In this document: piece by piece, positions 53,835-64,000 of the stretch
Numbering within the stretch: the first letter of the stretch is position 1
Layout of the letters: every line of letters starts with the position of its first letter
DNA from: Mobula hypostoma
Lineage: Eukaryota
Reading direction: 5' to 3'
Length of the DNA stretch: 64,000 nt
Assembly: GCF_963921235.1 (NCBI RefSeq)
Contig: NC_086108.1
Span: 36,334,001 to 36,398,000, forward strand
Translations under genes and position numbers: made by a program
The notes under the pieces: model-generated
Told to the model about the DNA's origin: nothing
What the model saw: the letters and a program-made list of their open reading frames with translations, nothing else
Database searches by the model: none

Positions 53835-54132
53835 GCCCCACCTCCCCCTCGTACCCCATCTGTTACTCTTTTTTATGCACACATTCTTTCTCTCACTCTC
53901 CTTTTTCTCCCTCTGTCCCTCTGAATATACCTCTTGCCCATCCTCTGTGTCACCCCCACCCCCCCCCGTCTTTCTTCCCGGACCTCCTGTCCCATGATCC
54001 TCTCGTATCCCCTTCTGCCTATCACCTGTCCAGCTCTCGGCTCCATCCCTCCCCCTCCTGTCTTCTCCTATCATTTTGCATCTCCCCCTCCCCCTCCAGC
54101 TTTCTAATCCCTTACTCACTCTTCCTTCAGTT

Positions 54133-54168
54133 AGTCCTGACGAAGGGTCTCGGCCTGAAACGTCGACT
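54133..54168 (+). ncRNA. Minimal type I hammerhead ribozyme motif in the Penelope 3' terminal region
   Basis: AGUC-CUGACGA-A-GGGU(CUCG)GCCU-GAAA-C-GUC/GACU: helix I AGUC/GACU, both core boxes, helix II, palindromic ACGU in place of helix III, GUC cleavage triplet. Confidence 0.8.
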
Positions 54169-54298
54169 GCACCTCTTCCTATAGATGCTGCCTGGCCTGC
54201 TGCGTTCACCAGCAACTTTGATGTGTGTTGCTTGTAATAGAAAACTTGTTATTGACAGTATTAGATTTCTTGGGATTGTTCCAGTAGGGAATTTATTA

Positions 54299-55170
54299 CA
54301 GGTTTCTCCCGCTATCCGAAGGTAGAGCATTCCTATGAAACCGTTCGTAAGCCAGAATGTTGTAAAGTGAATAAGCAATTGCCATTTATTAATATGGGAA
54401 AAATGTTTGAGCGTTCCCAGACCCAAAAAAAATAACCTAGAAAATCATGCCAAATAACACATAAGTCCTAAAATAACAGTAACATGTAGTAAAAGCAGGA
54501 ATGATATGATAAATACACAGCATATATAAAGTAGAAATACTTCACTGTGGCGCAGTCTAGCGCAGCGAAAATCTCACGGCAGCACTGTCGGTGGAAGTGC
54601 TCTTGGCAGAAATACTCTCTCTGGTAACCTTTAAGCTATGAAGCTGCAAATCATACCAAATAACACATAAAAATACACAGCCTATATAAAGTAGAAATAA
54701 TGTATGTACAGTGTAGTTTCACTTACTGGAATCGGGAAGACTTCAATAAATTGCAGTTTCGTCACAGTTTAACACTTGCTTATATGAATAAACACCTTCT
54801 GTATTATTTTCTTTAGTTCTGCTGGGAACTTTTCGGCAGCTTCAGTACCAGCCGAAGCGCTCTGTCCGGTAAACGTTAAACTATGAAGCTGCCCTCACCT
54901 CAGAAACCGATCAAACCACCCATGACTACCTTTAAATTCCACTTTCACAACACTTTCGTCACCATCGTTCAGTGCTTTCTGTTTCAGCTTATTAAAAAGA
55001 CTGACTGATTTCTCCTTAAGTATAAGAAAACTTAACGGAACACCACGCTTTTTACACCCGTCAATCCACTCAAGCAATAGACTTTCCATTTTATCCATTA
55101 TTGGATGCCGACTAAGAGAGACCACATTGCTACGAGCAGAACCAACAGTAACATCGGCAGCTTTGAAGTT
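54299..55170 (-). mobile_element. Tigger remnant with one TIR and a CENP-B HTH fragment
   Basis: TA|caggtttctcccgctatcc; peptide MESLLLEWI...FKGSHGWFDRF. Confidence 0.8.
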
Positions 55171-55594
55171 TGGAATTTGTCTTATCAGGTCTTGTCCTGC
55201 CATAAACTGACATTTTGAATTGCTCTTTCATCATTAAACATTTTCAATCTCGAAAATCTATTCTAATATAATTTGTCATATTCAGAGAGTGCGTAATTTT
55301 TCTAATTGTATTGCAATAATGTCTCTTCCAATATTGTTATCTCCATAGTCCACAACAGATTTCCCATTGATATGTTGGTCCTTTTCAACAATGTTGAGAA
55401 AACATGAGAAAAATTATCTTCTATATGCGCAGCATTGATAGTCTCTTGACATGTCTATTCCCTTTAACTTGTCAAACAATTTTTAAATCTTATATTCAAT
55501 ATAAAATTTACTTAATTTAAAAATGGTGACATCCACATTCACTGTCCTCAGTCAATAACTAACTGTGTGTAATTATTGGACATATTCATTTTTA

Positions 55595-57045
55595 AATCTT
55601 TTTTATTAATTATTATTGAAAATCAACAAAAAACATTAAAGTAATCAAGTCAACATGTCGACTTGTACAATAAAAATTATTATCAAATAGCTGATTAACA
55701 AAGCTAAACAATATATCAATAATAATAAGAAAAAACAAAATGTTAATACTATTTTTTTTGGAAAAAAGAAAGAAGGCAAAAAGAACCCCTACTAACTAAA
55801 ACGAAAAAAACCCTACTAACAAAAAAAACAGGAAAAGAAGTCCCATTGGGAGCACACCCCAGAGCTATACGCCATAGAAGCTTCCATAAATGAAAAACAT
55901 CAATCCGCCAACCAAATCCATTTAAACAAGAATCAGAAGGGGACCATCTTAATTAACTCAAATCAAATGATAGTAGCGGGCAAAAGAACCCCACCTTTTC
56001 TCAAAGTCAAATCCAGGATCAAAAGTTCGACTTCTGATTTTCTCCAAAATAAGACATAACATCACCTGAGAGAACCATTGTATCAAAGTAGGAGCAGAGG
56101 CATTTCAATAAAATAGCTCTTCTGGCCAATAATGTGAGAAATACAATTACATGTTGGTCTGATATAGAAATAGCATGAATATATTGAGGAATTATACCGA
56201 ACAGAACTGTCAATTTATTAAGTCGTAAATTAATTTTTAAAGCTTTAGAAATTGTAGAGAAAATAGATTTTCAAAACTGCTTCAATACAGAACATGACCA
56301 AAACATATGTGTCAATATAGCTGTCTCAGATTTACATCTATCACACCCTGACTATCAACATTAGGAAATATTTTAGACGGTTTCTCCTTTGTCAAATAGT
56401 AACAATGTACAATTTTAAATTGAATTAGAGAGTGACTGGCACAAATCGAAGAAGAGTTAACCAACTTCAAAATTCGCAACCAATCCTCTGTTATCAAGGT
56501 CATGTTAAGCTCTCTTTCCCAATCTTGCTTAATCTTAAGTAAAGGATAATTGTACTGTTGTAATTATAAATTATAAATTTTCCCAATAAAACCTTTCACT
56601 AAAGGATTCATTTTTAAAATAATGTCTAACAGGTCAGAATCTTGTATATATGGAAAATTACTTAAATATTCTTGTAAGAAATGTCTGACCTGAAGATATT
56701 GCAAGAAATGTGAGTATGAAAGAGAATATTTAGTTACTAATTTCTCAAAAGACATCAATCGGCCTTCTTAGAACAGATCCATGAAGGAATAAACTCCTTT
56801 ATTCCTCCAAAGAGAAAAGGTAGGATCACTAAGTGAAGGTTTAATGACTGCTTAATCATAGGATGTAAATTTAGAATAGAAATTTCGGCTAGTTGTACAG
56901 GTAAAGAAGCTCCTAATAACGTTAAGTAAAATTGTTTCACAGCTTTCAATTCCAAATCAACCCAAGGTGGTCGTTCATTTTTATCAGTCCAATATAACCA
57001 AGAACACACATAACGTATATTAACAACCCAATAATTATTGAACAT
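55595..57045 (-). mobile_element. L1 3' fragment
   Basis: Poly-T on the plus strand at ~55600; ORF2 C-terminal peptides YLQVRHFL and IQFKIVH. Confidence 0.8.
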
Positions 57046-59130
57046 ATATAAAAGTTTAATAACTTTTCAGTGCTTATGACATCAATTCGATCTCTTCCTG
57101 GTAATTATCTTGAAGCAGATATTTTATGGACTTGTCATCTCACTTAGTATGATGTGAAATACGGATCACCACTGTCTATTTTCACCTCCCTGATGTTGGT
57201 CATCTTTGCCCTGTCTCGGTGCATCTGTGTTGAATCTCTTGAATACATTTCTTACCTGTTGATTCAGCTACTCCAATGCACTCAGTGTTTCTCATTCTTC
57301 CTTTGTAAGTGGTCGCTCAGAGCACCTCTGCCTAAACCCTAACTTGTATTAGGTTGAACTCGGCTATCACTTTCCTGAACCAAACCAGATTCTGTTTAAG
57401 TAATATGTTGATTTTTAAAATTTTCTTCAATTACCATTCTCTGGTAATTCTTAAGTCTTAGTGTGTATTACTCCTGATTTTAATTCCTGATTTTAATTGC
57501 TCCACCATGTCCCTCTGAACCTTCAGCACATGCCCTGGGCTCCAAAATTCTCTCCCTAAACCTCTCTCTCTTTTCCTGTTTTATCCACCCTTTTGCCCAT
57601 CTGCACTAATGTATACTTGCAGGCTCAGTAACAAATATCATTTCATGTTTGTGATATTTGATATTTTCCCAAACATCCTGTGAAGTTACTTGGGATTTTT
57701 AAAAATGCTTTTAAGAGAACAAATACATTCCGTTGATAATTTCATTGAAAGCATGTTGTCATCTTCAGCCTTGTGTTCTTGAGCCAGACCTGATGCAATG
57801 AGTAAATAATTTGCATATAAAAGATCATTTATAAGGTTCAAGTGCACTTTCAGATGCACACTCCAGTCATATCTTCCCCTGAATATTAGAATATCATAGT
57901 ACACCAGTGACAATACTTGTTATCCAAAGAATTAAGTGTACTGATGAGATATGTATTTGCTGTTTTGGAGTTTATTAACATCTGAAATGGAGCACATTAT
58001 GGGACAACTCATTGATGGCATCCTTCATGCATTTGTGGAAGGTTGTTGGTTCAATTTTCAATTTAGTTTTCTCATTAGACTATATAGAAGCCTGATTCAA
58101 TTTTAGCTCTTGACAAAAATTGGAGAGCCAATTGGGACACTCTTATTTATCTTTTGGTGGCCAGAACTATGAACAGAACTGGTTGTATGGAAGGTGCATC
58201 CAACCAAAACCAACACATTTTGAATAAGGTGTTCAAGGATAACATATTTTAGTGCCATAGTAAATGCTTCTATTGCTACATAATAAGATTTTTAATTGGA
58301 TGTTAATATTTTGTATTCTAATAAACAACATGATAGGATATGTATCATGTCATTCAGGACTAATATCGGCTCCAGATACATAATTGACCTGACATAGCTA
58401 TATTTTATACTATGCATAATCATTTAACATCTTAAAATGAGCAATGTTTTGGTTTATAAGATTTGGTGCAACTGGTGGATTAACAGCTTAACAGTTGGCT
58501 TTTAAGTACTCCACTGATTTTTTGAAAGTCATTGTTTTTGAAGAGACTTGAAAAGACCGAGTATGAAGATCCCGAAATAGTCAATGTTTCTATGGTTACT
58601 ATATTTGAGTTGGAATGTGTCAGAGTCATTCTTTACTTTTGGCACAATGTTGACAAATTAATTGCATTACTGGCAATGCTAGAAAATATTAGGTAACATC
58701 TCACAAAGTACTTTGTGTTGATTTCGATTCTGCAAAGTAACAATTTTTTTTGAAAATAAGCATTGATCAACTCATGCTTTCATTGCTCTTGAAATATTAA
58801 TCTCAAACATTGGAGTTACTCTCTAGTCTGTTTATTGAAGCTTGTCGGCTTTTGAGCTCACAGAATATTACACAAAGTATAATGTTAATGCAATTGATAC
58901 CCTGTTCTGAAGGGAATTTAAAATATTCTCAATTTAAAAGCTCAAATCTTTTAAGTTGAGAGTATCTTAAATTGAAAATACATCTGTTCAATCTCTTTTA
59001 TGGGAAACAACTGTCTATGTCCTAGACTGTATTTGAATTTAGTAAGAACAATACAATATCTTCAAACATACTCAGTTTTAATAATACGAAACTAAAAAAG
59101 GAAACTATAAAAGAACATATGCATTTGATA

Positions 59131-59940
59131 CAGCTGCACATTCCTTTATCCGAAATTCTGAAATCCAAAAAGCTCCGAAAATCGAAGTTTTTTTCACAGC
59201 TGACGTCACTCAGGTGTGACGTGGCAGCACTCGCAGAGGCCGCCAGACGTCAGCTGTGGCTCAGCGCTCGTACTGGTTATATGTGCATTTGCTGTTCGCT
59301 GATATTTTGTGTTCGCTGTTGACTTTGTGTTTACTTTCACTGTGAAAATGTCAAAAAGAGCTGCAGATACCCTTATGGGTAACAATGAGAAAAAGAAAAG
59401 GAAGCATCTATCATTATCAATAACGCAGAAAGTGGACATTGCAGAAGCTTGATCGTGGTGTATCTGTGCGGCGTCTTACTGAAGAAAATAGTGTCGGAAC
59501 TACCACTGTATGTGATTTAAATAAACAGAAAGACAAGTTACTGAAGTTTTATAGTGACACTGACATTCTACATTTATTCCAATAAGTCATTTACCATGTG
59601 TTTGATTCAGTTTTATATTTTATTGAATGATTTTGTTGGAAATAAAATGTTTTCTTGTCATTATTCCCTAAACAATACAGTATAACAACTATTTACATAA
59701 TAGTTACATTGTATTAGGTATTATTAGTAATCAAGAGATGATTTAAAGTCTGCAGGAGGATGTGCGTAGGTTTGGTGTGCCGCTGGGTCCTAAAGTCCAC
59801 TGCACTGAGACAAGTTAAATAAGGGACTTGAGCATACGTGTTTTTTGGTATAGGGGGTGGGGGGGGGTTGAAATCCAAAAAATTCTGAATTCTGAAATGC
59901 AACTGGCCCCAAGGATTTCGGATAAGGGATTGTGGACCTG
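59131..59940 (+). mobile_element. Tigger/pogo internally deleted element
   Basis: TA|cagctgcacattcctttatccgaaa...tttcggataagggattgtggacctg|TA; N-terminal peptide MSKRAAD...KRKHLSLSITQKV. Confidence 0.8.
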
Positions 59941-60751
59941 TAATAAAGGATGAAGTCTCCCTTATTCTTGCACTTCGGCAAAAAATTGACATTCGTATTA
60001 ATCTGTTCACCCATCAAAATCTGTTCACCCTTTTTTTCTTTTGATCTTCAGTAAGTTCAAATAATTAATGTTGGACTACCTTATAGAATCAAACAATAAA
60101 GTTATGGTTTATGATAGAATATTAATTTCAGCTCAGAATGGGTTTAGTTAAATATTTTAAAGCTTACTCTGGTGGAAAAACCAGAAGTGTACAACAAATA
60201 TATTTTGTAATGTTGATGTTGCTCTTCATTAAGGAAAGAGGTTTTCATAAGTTTACTAACTAGTGAAACTGATATTTGTATTTTATTTTTATACATTGCC
60301 TTTTAATGTATATGCAAGCAGTAATCTGTACAATTTGATATTTTTGTATAGTTCCATCAAATATGCAGAATAATTGCATAGATATAATTGTATATTTATT
60401 TTGGAGAAAATATGATTCAAGTATATTAGAAATCGTCAGGAATAGGTTTAATTTTGTCCTTATCTCTAAAACAGTACCAATGTAAGGTTAGAAGGGTTCT
60501 GTAAATAACGAATGTAATAATTAAAGAATCTATTATCTAGACTTTTATGCGCCATAAAATCTGATGTATATGGTGTTTTGCTTAATTTTATGATTTGTTA
60601 CAGTTTACTCTGACCTTCCTAAGTATGTCTTCAGAAACAATCCACCTGTGTCTTAGAAGCACACTGCGATGTTTTTATTCATTGCTGAGCAAGAAGATGC
60701 AGGAAAATCATTGGTGATGTTACCTAGTTTTTATATGTAAGGCTCCTTTTC

Positions 60752-61941
60752 ATTGACTATAGCTCTGCCTTTAATACCATCATTCCAAATAAACTGATTC
60801 CTAAGCTCCGGAACCTGGGCCTTAGCACTCAGATCTGCAGCTGGATCTTCAACTTCCTCACAGACAGGACCCAGGCTGTAAAAATAGGGGACAAGCTCTC
60901 CTCTACAATCACTCTGAGCACCGGTGCCCTACAAGGCTGTGTACTCAGCCCCCTGCTGTACTCGCTGTACACCCATGATTGTGTAGCCAAGTTGCCATCA
61001 AACTCAATATACAAGTTTGCTGATGACACAACAGTTGTAGGCCGTATCTTGAGTAATGATGAGTTTGAGTACGGAGAGGAAATTAAGAACCTGGTGGCAT
61101 GGTGCAAAGACAATAATCCATCCCTCAACGTCAGCAAGGCGAAGGAATTGGTTCTTGACTGCAGAAGGAGTAACGGACAGCACGACTCAATTTACATCGG
61201 TGGTGCGCAAGTGGAACAGGTCAAGAGCTTTAAGTTCCTTGGGGTCAATATCACAAATGACCTGACTTGGTCCAACCAAGCAGAGTTCACTGCCAAGAAG
61301 GCCCACCAACGCCTTTACTTCCTGAGAAAACTAAAGACATTTGGCCTGTCCCCTAAAACCCTAACTAATTTTTATAGATGCACCGTAGAAAGCATTCTTC
61401 TAGGGTGCGTCACAACCTGGTATGGAAGTTGTCCTGTCCAAGACCGAAAGAAGCTGCAGAAGATCGTGAACACGGCACAGCACATTACAGAAACCAATCT
61501 TCCGTCTGTGGACTCACTTTACGCTGCATGCTGTCGGAGAAGTGCTGCCAGGATAATTATGGACACGACCCACCCGGCCAACAGACTTTTTGTCCCTCTT
61601 CCCTCCGGGAGAAGGTTCAGGAGCTTGAAGACTCGTACGGCCAGATTTGGGAACAGCTTCTTTCCGGCTATGATAAGACTGCTGAACAGATCCTGACCTG
61701 GATCTGGGCTGTACCCTCCAAATATCTGGACCTGCCTCTCAGTTTTTTTTGCACTACCTTACTTCCCATCTTTCTATTTTCTATTTATGACTTACAATTT
61801 AAATTTTTAGTATTTACTAATTTTAACTATTTTTAATATTTATTATTCGTAATCCAGGGAGTGTGAAGCGCAGATTCAAATATTGCTGTGATGACTGTAC
61901 GTTCGAGTACTAATTGTTTGGCGACAATAAAGTATAAAGTA
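60752..61941 (+). mobile_element. Rex1/Babar LINE, 5'-truncated, fairly young
   Basis: [26 protein letters not shown] and [10 protein letters not shown] motifs; open to the stop at 61696; tail aataaagtataaagt. Confidence 0.92.
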
Positions 61942-62395
61942 CAAGTTTTTTATTGAGCTTTTGCTTCAGTAATTGGAGCCACAAGTCCCATCCACTTTAT
62001 ACAGTGGTGAATATTTAAAACTGATCTCAATTATCTCATTTATGGCCCCTAGACAGAGACCACTTTGTATTGAGATAAATAGTGTGTACATCAGACTTTG
62101 ATCTTGACCTTGCTTTTAATATGCACTGCCTTCTCATGAGCTCCTGCCTCAGGCTATGATCTATAAGAGTAGAGAAATTTTTAATCTGATGAAAAATGCT
62201 TAATTTAGGAAATATGTTATCTAATGCAGCATTTTTCTGTTGTACTTAAGTAAGTTCTAAATGGGAGAAATATTGTTTTAAACATAGCATATGTCTATAG
62301 CTCAATGTCCTAATACAAATTTTGAGTGTGTATACAGATTCAATTGATCAAGATATTTGTTTTCTTGGGCAGGCTTTGTATCTCAATTCAGTATT

Positions 62396-62492
62396 GTTGT
62401 CTTGGCCATTTGTTCTTCCTCCTCAGGTCAAGTTCAACAGTAGTTGTCTTGGCCATTTGTTCTTCCTCCTCAGGTCAAGTTCAACAGTAGTT
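62396..62492. repeat. Perfect 47-bp tandem duplication
   Basis: gttgtcttggccatttgttcttcctcctcaggtcaagttcaacagta x2. Confidence 0.9.
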
Positions 62493-63579
62493 TTTGACTC
62501 TGTTTTAATTTGTGCGGTAAAACTCCAATATTGTGACAAATTATTTGGAAATCCTAATGGTTCCATATCTGTCTCCCCAAGTGATGTTTCCTGTACTCTC
62601 TCTTGGCCCCCATTTAGTGTTCTGCCTGTAAACTCTCTTGGACCCCATTTCCTGTACTCTCTTGAAGTTCACCAATGCCCTATTTTCATGCGCTTCTTTA
62701 AATTCTTTAAGGTCCTGTTTCCCAGGCTTGCTTTAAAGTTATTGGGGTCACTGCTGTAAAATTTATTGAACAACAATGTTAGATTTTTAAAAATGTGAAT
62801 TAAAATTGTATTAGAATACTTATAAGAGTAGCATAGAACAATCTGGACTATGTCATTCTGACACACCAGTGTTCCAAGTGTGTCAGGTTAATGGAGTTTT
62901 AATTCATGCATGTATGGGATAATTTCTGATGTTCATGAATACATGTCACATTAAGTAGTGTATAATCCGGAGTTTATTATAAACTCTGCTGTTGACAATC
63001 ATTTGGAAAGTTTTTCTCATTATCATTTGTAGGTAGATTTTTTTTTACAGTAATAACTACTTCTTAATCATATCCATTATTTCCCTTTCTGCTAAACTAA
63101 TGAGGATTATTAGCTCTTAAGGATATCTGCCACCCATAATTTGCTTTGGATTTTTATTGATGATGACTGTCTGCATTTATGATGGATTGGTATTTTTTAG
63201 GCTCATTTTAATTCTTCAGGTGAATTGAAGATAACTAGTAAAATCTGTAGTTGCAGAGCCATCACTTTTGTTATTGGTGAATTATAATGGCTCTGTTTTA
63301 AAACCCACAGATTTCTGAGATTTCTACTATGCTCTAATTGTGGAATCTTATTTTGACACCACAACTTTAGCATTTATAGTTTTACATATATAGGTTTGGA
63401 ATATCCTCCTCAATCACTTTTTTCCTGCTGCTCTTGTTCACGGATGATCCTTGAAACCTGATCTCTGATCAAACTTTGTTTTTCTGCTTTATTTGGCTTG
63501 GTACCAATTTTGTTTAAGATTTATGTAAAGTCTCTTGAAACATTTTATTGTTAATTGTTATTAAGTTCATTGGGTCATC

Positions 63580-64000
63580 AAGAGGTGTAGCACAGAAATA
63601 GGCCCTTTGGCCCATCTAGACAATGCCAAATCAATTTAAACTGCCTACTCCCATTGACCTGTACTGGGACCATAGCCCTACATACCCCTACTATCCATGT
63701 ATCTATTGAAGCTTCTCTTAAATGTCGAAATTGAGCTTGCATACTCCACTTATACCGGCAGCTCATTCCACATTCTGACAACCCTCTGAGTAAAGACGTT
63801 TCCCCTCATGTTCCCCTTAAATTTTTCACATTTCACCCTTAACCCTTGTCCCCTGATTGTAGTCCTACTCATCTCTGTGGAAAAAACCTGCTTGCATTAA
63901 CCTAATCTATACCCCTTGTAATTTTCTACACCTTTATCAAATCTCCTCTGAACCTTCTGTGTTCTAAGGAATACAGTCCTAACCTATTCAATCTTTCCAT
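63580..64000 (-). mobile_element. CR1 LINE 3' end
   Basis: Reverse-complement similarity to 42300-42720. Confidence 0.8.

Larger units (their letters stand above)
51061..54234. mobile_element. Young Penelope-like retroelement (Neptune-type) as an inverted tails-outward insertion
   Basis: Plus arm 51929-54234 has RT + GIY-YIG; minus arm 51061-51928 mirrors 53363 to the end. Direct repeat ttgtaatagaaaa at 51048-51060 and 54232-54244. Confidence 0.95.

Overview
Eukaryotic, repeat-dense vertebrate DNA. The CR1/Rex1/Penelope repeat content suggests a cartilaginous fish, probably a ray (inference). The only host coding sequence is three small + strand exons of CDC73/parafibromin (20442-20499, 38350-38385, 38654-38741). 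The rest is intronic and holds nested mobile elements: CR1, Rex1/Babar, a full-length decayed L1 with TSD, a non-autonomous Helitron, Tigger/pogo and Tc1 DNA transposons, tRNA-derived SINEs, and a decayed class I endogenous retrovirus with pol and env remnants. The most striking signal is a Penelope-like (RT + GIY-YIG) retroelement family. It carries a minimal hammerhead-ribozyme motif in its 3' terminal region and repeatedly occurs as TSD-flanked, tails-outward inverted duplications, with a recurrent truncation point on one arm. Coordinates of decayed repeats are approximate and were read by eye.
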